Source: Octopus vulgaris
Taxonomy: Eukaryota
Assembly (NCBI GenBank): GCA_951406725.2
Contig: OX597815.1
Span: 124,062,001 to 124,126,000 of the forward strand
Reading direction: 5' to 3'
DNA: 64,000 nucleotides
Shown: piece after piece, positions 1 to 12,236 of the stretch
Numbering within the stretch: the stretch's first letter is position 1
How the letters are laid out: every line of letters starts with the position of its first letter
Translations under genes and position numbers: made by a program
Notes under the pieces: model-generated
Database searches by the model: none
What the model saw: the letters and a program-made list of their open reading frames with translations, nothing else
Told to the model about the DNA's origin: nothing

Positions 1-794
1 CTATCCTACTTGCAATATATATCAGGTGCAGGTTGTATCAAATAACCAGCTGGAGGAGGCGTCCTCCTGGGGTTAAAAATATCAGTCAGTTGCGTCTGTT
101 CCTACGGAACAGCCATACTTAAGTGGCTATGATCATTACTTATACAAACACACACATGCACACAAACACATATATATACATACATACATACAAACACGCA
201 TGTATATATATATCTTAATAATTCTGATGTTCACTCTATACGATCTTTTTACTTCGTTTTTCTATCTTTCTCTCTCTTATTATTTTACCTCCTCTTCTCT
301 GACCATTCTATCCTATTACTCTGTCGCTCTCTCTCCCTCACTCCACTTCCCTTGCTCACTTGGCTCCCACGTGACTATCGGCCATCTTTCTTTCTTCTTC
401 TAACTTGTGTTTCTTTCTTTCTCTCTGTTGTAGCTGGAACAAGGAAGACGTGTTCTTGTCTGTCTTCTGTCCAAGCTTGATTTACGCGTTCACCACCACA
501 GACCTTCCTGTTTGTTTTCACTGTCCTGCTTGTGTTACCAGTTTTGACCCTCCGCAAAATCCCAAATTTTATTTATTTGCTTTGCGGAAGAAACTGTTTT
601 ATTCAAAACGTATATTGTTGCTAAATACTCGAAATACGAGAGTAGAAAAACAGCCAACAACTGATGGAGGGTCGTTCTTTATGTTGCTTGCCTTGTTTTC
701 CATTTGTGTCTTTCGTTCGAAAAATAGTCCATATTCCATGTACTCGTATTTCGTATTTTTTGTTGTACACGTTCGTCATGTCTGTGTCCACATA

Positions 795-850
<56 letters not shown>

Positions 851-1953
851 AAGGGCACAAAATTTTAAGTGGTGTCTCATACATTTCCTAAGATAGCAGT
901 ATCAGATCAGATCAATGATGTCTTACTCTACGTTGCTTGCGATGATTGATTAAATTTAACAGAGCAAGAAAATGACTTACAACTGTTATTAAGGAAGTTA
1001 CTATTAAGAACCTTGAATGCTTACCCTTGGTCTTCAAGAAAATGATATGAAAGTAAATTGGATGAGAGCTAGAATGGAAACGTTTTCGACGAGGTTCGTT
1101 TTGTCGGAACCTTTATCTATTTCTCTGCAATACACGCCACGTAGATATTAGATAAACTTGTCTAACTCATAAGAATATATTCTAGGATTCTTGAGTGACA
1201 CGCGAAATCCTATATCTAATCACTTTCTCATATAATCAATCCACTGTGTGATAACGATTTAGCAGTTCAAATTCTACACCCGCTTCTTGACAACATTTGT
1301 TCGTTAAACATCTTCACTAGACAGAAACGGGAAACACAACAGGCGTGCGTTGAGTTTAGCGTCACATTTCAAAATTCTTAGAAAAAAAAAACAACAAACG
1401 CAACGGTAAAATTGGGTATGATCTCTTCATTTACAAACACGTTTACTTTTACGCACGTATACCTTATGTATGCGTGTATTGTATGTACTCATGTGTGTCT
1501 ACTTGCATATACAATAAGATATGTATGCATATATGCTTGTATATACACATATATAAGTATATATATATATAGGTGTGTGTGTGTGTGTATGTGTGCGCGT
1601 GTACGTATGTATGCTCACACACATATATAAATGTATATGTAGATAAGTGTATGTGTGTGTGTAGACATGCATACATACATGAAACTCATAAATACTGTTC
1701 TACTATATGCAAACGTTTCAATGGGTGTGGTCTATCTCTATCTCTTTCTCTGTGTGTTTATGTGTGTACCTGTATATGTGTATATGTGTATGTGTGTGTG
1801 CGTGTCTGTGTGTGTATATATATATATATACCTAAATAAACTATCTAGCTATCACTTCTAGCTTTCCTTTTCTTTCTGTTGCACACACAGAGACATACAT
1901 AGATGTATGTATATATAGATATGCATACATACGCACATACACATATACACGCA

Positions 1954-1995
<42 letters not shown>

Positions 1996-2232
1996 CATGT
2001 ATGTATGTATGTATGTATGCATGCATGCATGTATGTATGTATGTATGTATGTATGTATGTATGTATATACGCACACATTTTCATTGAAAGAAGATTTATT
2101 TAGGCAGTCAGAAAATCAAATTATACAGACAAAAGGAGCTATGTATTACATATTATTTACGATAGGTATTTTTAGTCTGAGATATATACATATGTATATT
2201 ACTAGAAACACGATGTTTGGAATATATATGTT

Positions 2233-2283
<51 letters not shown>

Positions 2284-2316
2284 GCGTGTGTGTGTTTGTG
2301 TATATATATATGTATG

Positions 2317-2351
<35 letters not shown>

Positions 2352-2455
2352 GCACACGCACATATAAACATATATATATGTGTATATATACATATATATC
2401 TGTGTGTTTGTGTGTGTGTATGTGTTTATTTGTGTGTGTATTTCTGTGCGCGTGT

Positions 2456-2489
<34 letters not shown>

Positions 2490-2895
2490 TGTGTGTGAAT
2501 CTAATGTGAAAATCGAGTATAAGCAAAAAAATTAATAGAAATATAGCTGAAAATAATTAGCTAAAATATAGAGCAACGTTCATTGTAGAAAATGTTTACT
2601 CGCATTAAGTTTAATGCAAAGCAACCATGTTTTTTTATTTTAACTTCAGGTCCGACCTGATCCCGCTGAACTATGATCAATGAATGGTCAGCCATAGTCA
2701 CTACATTTTATATTCAGATATGTCATTTCTAGAACTACATCATTGTATAATGCTTCGATTTAAAAACGATGGGGCAACGAACCCTAACAATGAAAACTAT
2801 TTACTCAGATATTCTTTCTGCTATTACTTATACCACAATACTCTAAACATATATAATTCATAAGCGAAAGTTTAAGCACACTGCAGTATAATACA

Positions 2896-2957
<62 letters not shown>

Positions 2958-3194
2958 TATATACATACATACACACGGTTTTACATATATACACATACAT
3001 ATCCTTACACAGCTATAAATCCACACAGCTACCCATATGTGCCTACATTATACATTCAACAAACCATCTATACTTATATATACTCCCCCTATATATACCT
3101 AGATACATATATATTAGATATATACACCATAATATCTACACAAAGACGTTCTTATATATATAGATGTATACCACTTCCCATATATGAATAAGCG

Positions 3195-3515
3195 TGAAGG
3201 TGCGTGGCTTAGTGGTTAGGGCATTCGGCTCACGATCAGATCGTGAGTTCAATTCCCAGCGACACGTTATGTCCTTGAACAAGACACTTTATTTCACGTT
3301 GCTCCAGTTCACTCAGCTGGCAAAAATGATTATTACCTGCATTTCAAAGGGCCAGCTTTGTCACATTCTGTGTCACGCTGAATCTCCCCGAGAACTGCAT
3401 TAAGGGTACACGTGTCTGTGGAGTGTTCAGTTACTTGCACGTTAATTTCATGAGCAAGTTGTTCCGTTGACCATATCAGCTGGGACCCTCGTCGTCGTAA
3501 CCGACGGAGTGCTTC
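3195..3515 (+). mobile_element. tRNA-derived SINE (V-domain-like centre)
   Basis: A-box TGGCTTAGTGG and B-box GAGTTCAATTCC, then a GTCCTTGAACAAGACACTT segment. The 3' tail is shared with the adjacent SINE at 3523-3860. Confidence 0.7.
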
Positions 3516-3522
3516 TATTAGT

Positions 3523-3860
3523 GGAGGTGCAATGGCCCAGTGGTCAGGGCAGCGGACTCGCGATCGATTCCTAGACCGGGCGTTGTGAGTACTTATTGAA
3601 CGAAAACACCTAAAGCTCCACGAGGCTCCATCAGGGGTGGTGGTGGTGAATCTGTACACTTTCACACCTTTCTCTCACTCTTTCTTTCTGTTTCTGTTGT
3701 ACTTGTATTTCAAAGGGTCAGCCTTGTCACACTCTGTGCCACACTGAATCTTCCTGAGAACTACGTTAAGAGTATACGTGTCTGTGGAGTGCTCAGCCAC
3801 TTGCACGTTAATTTCACGAGCAGGCTGTTCCGTTGATCGGATCAACCGACGGAGTACCAC
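3523..3860 (+). mobile_element. tRNA-derived SINE with a different head and the same 3' tail as 3195-3515
   Basis: A-box TGGCCCAGTGG with a partly deleted B-box. The segment TTTCAAAGGG...AACCGACGGAGT is repeated from the upstream SINE. Confidence 0.65.
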
Positions 3861-4050
3861 GATGTAAATAAATAAATAAGTAAATATCTATACACAGATA
3901 TACACATATGCATATACAGACACACAGACACACGCACATATATATATATATGATCCACATATACGTATATATACATACGTCTCCATTTGTTCGTATAAAA
4001 TATTTGAATTGAATTTATAATTGTTCAATATATTGTTTTGTTTTCCATTT

Positions 4051-4094
<44 letters not shown>

Positions 4095-4097
<3 letters not shown>

Positions 4098-5674
4098 TTG
4101 CGGTCAAAATGTTCAGAACGGCATTGTTTTCGTCAGAAAAGAAGATATAATTTTTTATCAAAGTTGTTTTATATTCAATAATTTTCACAGACAATAAATA
4201 CGATATTATTTGTTATTGCCTGAGATTTTGGTGTAATTTGAGAGGATAATATAAAAGTTATGGATGATTTAGTGATTTACTGCAAAACCCATGGCGACCA
4301 AAATGATTAGAACGGTTGATTTTACTTCGTGTTTTAGTATATTTACGTGACGGTTCGTTTACTAAATATTAGTAAAAATATTTGCAGTGTACTTTGTTAA
4401 TATAATGCCACTTACTCCGTTACCAATTCGTCAGCAGATTATTAAGCTTCGAAGGAAGGATAATTTAAGTATTGGATCTATTGCAAAGAAAGATTGCTAA
4501 CAAGTCAAAAAGTGTTGTACACGGTATTCTTAAGGTCTACGATGATTGTGGTTCGTGTGAAGCAAGAAAGTTTACAGGTAGGCCAAGAAAAAAGACCAAT
4601 AGAGAAGATTGTGCTATGGTAAAGTTGGTTAAAAAGGACAGATTTAAAACTGCTGCTGCTGTTTCTCGGAAAATGAGCATTGTATTGAAGAAAACTTTAT
4701 CTCGAAAAACTGTCTCGTCGTTTAGTTGAACATGACCTACAAGCAAGAGCACCTGCAGTGAAGCCACTGATCAGCTCCAAGAATAAAAAGTGTTGTCTTA
4801 CCTTTGCAACCGAACATGTGTTGTGGTCTCAAGAAAAATGGCAAACGGTGCATTTCAGTGATGAATCTAAGTTTATGTTATTTGGGTCAGATGGGAAATG
4901 GTACGTTCGTAGAAAAGTAGGTGAAAAATTGTCGCCTAAATGCCTTAAGACTAGTGTTAAATTCGGTGGAGGAAGTGTCATGGTTTGGGGGATGATATCT
5001 GGAGATGGTGTGGGCCCTTTGGTGCGATTACATGGAAAGGTAAATGCAGGAGTTTATAAACAACTTGTAAAAGATCATGTCTTGCCTGTGCTGAGAAATT
5101 CAACTAAGCGACCACCCATATTCATACAGGACAATGCCCCATGTCACAAGGCTAAGGTGGTCATGAACTTCCTCAAGGCTGAAAAGGTTGTTGTTATGGA
5201 TTGGCCTGCTCAAAGCCCAGATCTCAATCCTATTGAAAATGTATGGAATATTCTAGGAGAACGTTCGAAAGCAGAAATCCTAAAACAACTGAGCAATTAT
5301 GGAATGCCCTTCAAGAAGAATGGAATAAGATCACCCAGCAAGAAATTGAAAATTTAATTTCCTCATGCAGTCGAAGATGTTAGAGTGTGATTGAAGCTAA
5401 AGGGCTTCACACTAAATATTAAATAATTCCAGTATTCTCTGTCATTTTTTCAACCGTTCTGATCATTTTGGCCGCCATGGGTTTTGCAGTAAATCACTAA
5501 ATTATTCATAACTTTTGTATTATCCTCTCAAATTACACCAAAATCTCAGACAATAACAATTAATATTGTATTTATTGTCTGCGGAAATTATAGAATATAA
5601 AACAACTTTGATAAAAACTTATATCTTCTTTTCTGACGAAAACAATGCCGTTCTGAACATTTTGGCCGCTACTC
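4095..5674 (+). mobile_element. Tc1-family DNA transposon, full length, IR/DR type
   Basis: ~225-bp terminal inverted repeats (4095-4319 and 5450-5674) beginning CAGTTG, TA flanks, and an internal transposase. Confidence 0.95.
4405..5422 (+). pseudogene. Tc1 DD34E transposase, frameshifted
   Basis: ATG at 4405 (MPLTPLPIRQQII...), GRPRK motif, FSDESKF, QDNAPCH, SPDLNPIE with 34 residues between D and E, ending GLHTKY* at 5422. Split across ORFs 4472-4729 and 4758-5357. Confidence 0.93.
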
Positions 5675-5684
5675 TATATATATT

Positions 5685-6106
5685 AGAAAAAATTAGGTAC
5701 TCAGAAATCTGGATGGTTGTACATTTACAGATATTTATTAATATGTCACATGTTTTTATAAATCATATATTAGCGTTTGCTTCTTTTTTCCTTCTCTTTT
5801 CCATTGACATTCCTTTCAGATACACAGACAAACACACATACACATACACACACACATACACACACACACACACACACACGCAAACACACACACTCTTTCT
5901 CACTTTCTCCCCATTCCTCACCCTCTTTTACTATCCTATATATCTCTCCACCCCTACACACTCAATAATACTATAAAAAGAAACGAATCCTCTCAAACAA
6001 ATTTAAATCTGAAGAATCTACTAGAGTAGATGCAAGCGCTATTATATATGATTTATAAAAACATGTGACATATTAATAAAAATCTGTAAATGTACAACCA
6101 TCCAGA
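5685..6106. mobile_element. Penelope-like inverted-repeat relic with a degenerate hammerhead
   Basis: ~70-bp inverted repeat (5708-5780 vs 6032-6106). CTGAAGA-ATCTAC..GTAGAT-GCAA-GCGCTA at 6009-6041. Confidence 0.5.
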
Positions 6107-6956
6107 GGGTTGGTAGAGTTTGAGTCCGACGACGTCCTAGGGGAGGCTCTAGGCTTCGATGAGGAGCAGCTAACCAACCTGTCCGGAAGGACATTCGGGC
6201 CGAGGTATCTGGATAACTTCCAGACAACCTTGGCTTGGTTGTGCTATCGATCGGCTTTGCCGGTTTGAGAGAGGTTGTCGAGACACGGGTTTGACATCGC
6301 CCCCACACGCCCGAGTGAAACTGTCGCGCACGACTTCGCACATTGTGAGGAGCTGAGGGAATTGATAACCCATGTCGAACAACTGATGTCGGATGCAGAA
6401 AGAGTACGGCTCTCGACTGAGTCCATGATTAAGATCGCACCGCCTTCCTCCTTTAACAAGGAAAGGAAGGCATCTTTTTTCTGCGTAGTAGCCATACTGA
6501 AAGATACAGTATGGATGACACGTACAAAAAGAATTGTGACAGGCCTCTTTATCTCCAGACAAAGGTTGATAAGTTACTTCAACTTCCACCTGTTAAGATC
6601 CGTCTGGAGAGAAGGTATCTGCCTCAAAGTGTGTTCGGAAAACGATGGATAACTGTTGTAAGAAAGTTGAGAGTGAATGGGGCCGTGCTAGTGTAGCCGG
6701 TCAAGGCGAAAAAGGAGGAAAAAATAAAGAAAAAAACGGAAAAAAACGGCGGGTTAAACAAAAACCCAAGAACTATATTTTTAACTATTATATTTTTACT
6801 CGCATTTCCATTTCTCGATTTAATGTTCGGTTTATCATCTCGATTTATTCCAATTTATCATGATTGTAACACCAACCCTGTGTATGACTGTCCTTGTTTT
6901 GTCCTCGCATCTGTTCTGTCCTTTATATGTATGCGCTTATAGGCAAATAAAGAAAT
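6107..6956 (+). mobile_element. 5'-truncated L1/Tx1-like LINE, 3' end
   Basis: zf-RVT-like C-terminus LAWLCYRSALPV*ERLSRHG...ETVAHDFAHC, then a 3' UTR ending in AATAAA at 6946-6951. Confidence 0.7.
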
Positions 6957-7125
6957 TTAGAAGCAAGTCAGCTGCGACATAAGCCACGTATTTCTATTTG
7001 AAGTTTTTGAAAATATATAAAAAATATTTTAACTATTCTCAGTGCATTTTCAACTTCAATGTTTCCTACACACACACACATACGCACACATGTATACTTA
7101 CGTAAATGTGTGTATATAATGTGCA

Positions 7126-7179
<54 letters not shown>

Positions 7180-7180
<1 letters not shown>

Positions 7181-7405
7181 CTCTTTTACTCTTTTATTTG
7201 TTTTAGTCATCTAACTGCGGCCATGCTGGAGCACCACCTTTAGTCGAGTAAATCGATCCCAGGACTTATTCTTTGTAAACCTAGTACTTATTTTATCGGG
7301 CTCTTTTGCCGAACTGCTAAGTTACGGGGACATAAACACACCAGCATCGGTTGTCAAGCGATGCTGGAGAGACAAACACAGATACACAAACGCACACACA
7401 CACAA

Positions 7406-7462
<57 letters not shown>

Positions 7463-7618
7463 CGACGGGCTTCTTTCAGTTTCCGTCTACCAAATCCACT
7501 CACAAAGCTTTGGTCGGCCCGAAGCTATAGTAGAAGACATCTGCCCAAGGTGCCATGCAGTGGGACTGAACCCGGAACCATGTGGTTGGTAAGCAAGCTA
7601 CTTACCACACAGCCACTC
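7180..7618 (-). mobile_element. Octopus-type tRNA-derived CORE-SINE
   Basis: Minus strand reads tRNA head GTGTGGTAAG...GGTTCCGGGTTCAGTCCC, CORE-like GGCACCTTGGGCAG, an internal (TG/TA)n and a (GAGTAAAA)n tail. Near-identical to 56511-56913 and 58548-58962. Confidence 0.9.
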
Positions 7619-7629
7619 GTATATGGATG

Positions 7630-7671
<42 letters not shown>

Positions 7672-7811
7672 ATGTCTATATAGTACATGTATTATGAAGT
7701 AAATGTTTTCTAAGTAAAGTGAGAAAGTGTTTGTCGAAGTACAGAGGTATGAATTACGTAATATTTCTTCTCCAGTTCTTAGTCGTAACTATTGCAATGT
7801 AAATGTTAGTT

Positions 7812-8407
7812 AAGGTGGCGAGCTGGTAGAAACGTTAGCACGCCGGGCGAAATGCGTAGCTGTATTCCGCCTGCCGTTACGTTCTGAGTTCAAATTCCGC
7901 CGCGGTCGACTTTGCTTTTCATCCTTTTGGGGTCGATTAAATAAGTACCAGTTACGCACTTGGGTCGATATAATCGACTTAATCCGTTTGTCTGTCTTTG
8001 TTTGTCCTCTCTGTGTTTAGCCCCTTGCGGGTAGTAAAGAAATAAGTATTTCGTCTGCTGTTACGTTCTGAGTTCAAATTCCACCGAGGTCGACTTTGCC
8101 TTTCATCCTTTCGGGGTCGATTAAATAAGTTCCAGTTACGCACTGGGGTCGATGTAATCGACTTAATCCCTTTGTCTGTCTTTGTTTGTCCCCTCTGTGT
8201 TTAGCCCCTTGTAGGTAGTAAAGAAATAGAAATAGGTATTTCGTCTCTCTCTCTCTACGTTCTGAGTTCAAATTCCACCGAGTTCGACTTTGCTTTCATC
8301 CTTTCAGGGTCGATTAAATCGACCCCTGTTGCGTACAGGGGTCGATTTAATCGGCTGGCCTCCTCCCTAAAAATTCCAGTCTTTGTGCCTAGAGTAGAAA
8401 AGAATAT
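7812..8407 (+). mobile_element. Meta-domain SINE with an internally triplicated body
   Basis: GGCGAGCTGG head, then three ~185-190-bp copies containing GAGTTCAAATTCC..GTCGACTTTGC(C)TTTCATCCTTTCGGGGTCGAT. Confidence 0.85.
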
Positions 8408-9247
8408 AAGTGTTAGTTCTCTATAAGATATTTTCCTTCACAACCGCTTCCATATAGTGCATCAGATATAGAAATATTCTCAAGGTAGCACCTTACAATA
8501 ACGATTATTTATATAGTATTAAGAATTGATTAAGATGCATGAATAAATGTAAAATCTTATAAATTTTATTTCAGGAATAGCGAAAAATACTTTCCGGACT
8601 TTTTACTTTAGGTTAAGTGTAAATTAGAAAAACTATATCCAAGGACACTCCAGCCGTATCCCTCCCATCTATTATTCAGATCTAATGCATCCTTTATAAT
8701 ATTATCCACTTCGTACTAATTCTAGCCTGTTGAACGGCTGCGTAGATGTACCCTTTGCTATCTCGTATTGTAAGTTCCGCTGTGGAATTTAAGTTTAAGT
8801 GTCAGAGTTGAAAGGAGCTACATGCTGGGAGTTAATTTCACTATCCCGCCTCCAACACATACACTTTTTGTAGAAGCTTTTAAAGACCGCCCAGAATTCT
8901 TGGCATTCCGTGAAGAGCGATTACAAATTATAAACAAACGTTATGACAATAATTCTGTCAGGAACTCAACTGAGGACTGACATTGCTATTATGATTTGAT
9001 GTCTTATTGTTATAAACTGGAGGTCACAATGTGTGTGTGTATGTGTGTGTGTGTGTGTGCATATGCATATATGTGTGAGTGTGTTTATTTTAGGAAAGAA
9101 ATGTAAGAGTATTGAAGGAACATTTTTACTGATGAGAGAGACTGAATACTGAGAGTAGATTGAAATTCATTGTAAAATTCTTGTTGACAAGGGCATCAAG
9201 TGTCACCTTACGGCATATTCATCTCTCTCCCTTCTCTCTCTCTGTGT

Positions 9248-9312
<65 letters not shown>

Positions 9313-9976
9313 GTGTGTGTGTGTATATATATATACATGGATATATCGAAAGAGAGAAATAGTGTGCGTATTGCTATGTATGAGTGTAAGAGAAGTTGAG
9401 ATAGAGAGACAGAAAGAGAAAAAAGAATGTTGTTTGTAAGAGTGTGAGAGTGAGAGTGCGAGAGATGAGAGTTTTTGTGTGTCTCTGTAAGTGCATGTGT
9501 GCGAGTGGATGCAGGTATAACTGAGTGCCTTTGTAGTTGTAAGGACTGGAGTTCGGTCCTACAGTATGATAACATGTGAAAATGGCTTTTACCATAACCT
9601 CGGACCGACGCAAAGATTATGAATGAAATGTGGTAAGCCTGTCGGATGGGATGTAAAGAATCATGGTCACTCACTTTACCACCTGGTTAAAAGTTTTAAA
9701 AATGCAAAAAATCAATGTTATTTATAAGTCAGTGAAACAGCTTTTATGTATTCATTCAAACTGCTAGACATGGCAGCTAAAGCTAAATTCTCTTTAGATC
9801 ACATCTTACTTTACTGTCTTAAACAATGTGGAAGAGCATTGGATAATATACTCCTTAATACATTTTCTGAACACAAGGTGGGGGGATGCCATGGCTGGAA
9901 CGCTTAGTGATAGATCAATTTCATCAATGCTGGTGTAGTGTTAAAGAACTACAGCAACAATAAAAGCAGCAGCTGT

Positions 9977-10007
<31 letters not shown>

Positions 10008-10394
10008 ATATCAATTTTATGTCTGAAACTTTTGCGAAAAATGTAGAGCAAGAAGTTAGTTCCAGTTAAAGGCCTATCTTCTCAGTAATGCTGCCAATGG
10101 CTTTTAAGAGTGATATACATCACAACATCCCATTTATGGTGCTCTCAAAATAAATAACTAAATGCCCCAGACCAGTAATAACCAAGTAGACTTATAACCG
10201 AAGATGCTCTATCCAGGACTGTCCCGTCTTTCTCTCGCAAATTATATATCCAGGACTATTCAATGCGTCCCTTTCGCTTTAAGACAAGACATCATTTGAG
10301 GGATATTAGGCTGGGTTTTCATCCTGCTCGAGCGACTATATAGAGGTCCCTTCGTTGGATGGAAATATCTGATATTTTTTTTTTGGGGGGGGGG

Positions 10395-10515
10395 CAGAAC
10401 TGGTACTTAATTTATCGACCTCGAAAGGAATTTGAACACAGAACATAAAGACAGACGAAATATCGCTAAGCATTTCGCCCGGCGTGCTAACGTTTCTGCC
10501 AGGTCGCCGCCTTAG
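10395..10515 (-). mobile_element. Meta-domain SINE fragment
   Basis: Reverse complement of the head of the 7812 family (GCCCGGCGTGCTAACGTTTCTGCCAG). Confidence 0.75.
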
Positions 10516-10999
10516 CTAGCATTACAATAGATTAGGTAAAGTCAGCTTATTTGCGAAATATACAAACTTCGTGTTCTCGATAATGTCGCACAGTAGGGAT
10601 TAATTAGAGAGGCTTTATTTACCCGAGTATATCATATAATTTCTTTACTTTTTTTGGGGGGGAAGGGGCGGGGGGGGGGGCTATTCATATAGACAGAGGA
10701 ATTTATTATTCTTTATTTCTTACTAAATCAAGGAAAAACTCTACTGTACAGTAATATGAAGTTTTTTTTTTTTTCCATACATTATTCTTCATACATTTTG
10801 ATATAAGATTGATTTCATCATCTTTAATTTGCTACTTAAATGTTCAGAAAAAAGATGTAGAGGGCTTTTGCCTGGGGTATAATATTTATTGAAAAGTGCA
10901 AAATGCTTAGTGGCATTTCGTTCGTCTTCACGTTCTGAGTTAAGATTCCGCCGAGGTCGACTTTAACTTCCACCCTTTCGGGGTCGATAAATTAACACT

Positions 11000-11435
11000 T
11001 GGTGGAATTCCTGATAAAGATGATTCATTGCAGGATTGACGGTACATTTTAATATTATTTCTTTTGGAAATATCTCACACCTGGAAAATATTTCTAAAAG
11101 AAAACGAAAAAGTTCAAATCCCACGAATATCCTGTTGATCTTAAGGAAGAAACTTTTGCACTAGAATAGCAATATTTATCATTGGTACTTCAAGCAAACT
11201 TTTAAAAAACCAGACCTGAAAACTTCAGAATTGTTAAATTTAATATTTGCCTATAATATTTTTCAGATATTTCCGAATATTTGAGTTTGAGAATAATGTT
11301 GGCAATTCCAGCTACGGTAGCACTAGAAAGATCTTTTAGCAAACTCATATAAAAATCTTTTTAAAGTCTGCCAGTCTACCATGTCTACCATGTTTCAAAC
11401 TCGGCTTGATTTGGCAGGTCTGAGTATTGATTCAA
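11000..11435 (+). pseudogene. hAT transposase C-terminal (dimerisation domain) fragment
   Basis: Broken translation IFPNI..LRIMLAIPATVA.ERSFSKL...STM.QTRL.LA.LSI matches the hAT ERSFS motif region. Confidence 0.75.
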
Positions 11436-12019
11436 GCCTTGTCATTCTGATGTACAAAGAACAGAATATTTACAAAAGCTTACTAATGGTCATATTTAGA
11501 AATCAGCCATCATATTCGTTTATTCTTTTATAATCACGAACCAAAAATTGTATATTTTATCCATATTATATCATAATTATATTTCCCACAAGGAAAGGAT
11601 AACTACAACTTAAAAATTTCGTGTTACATGATTAAGTTTATTGAAAAGAAATGTTAAGAATTTAAGTTCTAAACGGATTTTAAAAATCAATATTCAGAGA
11701 AAGTCCCTAATGCAAAGTAGTCTTCTCCGAATTGTAAACTTTCTCTTGGAAGCTTCACTGGCAGAGTATATACTGTCTGAAAATATCCATAAGCGAATGG
11801 CATCGATAAAATGCTTTATTAAGAGCCAACGAAGGAGACTCTAAGCAGTCTCTCAATCTGCTAGAACAGGAATGTTAAAATAGAGCCCACAGTAATGTAT
11901 AGTACGGCATCCGACTCATTTAAAAAAAATGTTATCTAATTTTAAAATATTCCGTAAACTATGTATCGCCAGCGAGAGTTCAGAGTCAGAGCCACTTAAG
12001 AGTCGTTTCAATTCGTAAT

Positions 12020-12236
12020 ATCGATTTCAAATTTTGGTACAAAGCCATGAGTTTCGGGGGAAGCGTAAATCGATTACATCGGCCTCAGTACTTGACTGGT
12101 ACTTATTTTATCGAATTCGAAAGGATGAAAGGAAAAGTTGACCCTGGTGGTGTTTGAACTGAGAACGTAAAGACGGACGAAATGTTGCTAAGCATTTTAA
12201 CCGGCCTGCTAACGATTCTGCCAGCTCATCGCCTTG
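12020..12236 (-). mobile_element. Meta-domain SINE, diverged
   Basis: CTGGTACTTATTTTATCGA...AAGGATGAAAGG...CTGCCAGCTC is the reverse complement of the 7812 family. Confidence 0.75.

Noticed and set aside
625-680. CGAAA-TAC-GAGA-GTA ... CTGATGG, resembling a permuted hammerhead
   Set aside because: No UH cleavage site or stem I, and the core is mutated. At most a PLE-like relic.
200-3030. Many ORFs with YIYI/CVCV/HTHT runs, here and throughout the window
   Set aside because: They are translations of (TA)n, (CA)n, (TACA)n and (ATCT)n microsatellites, not genes.
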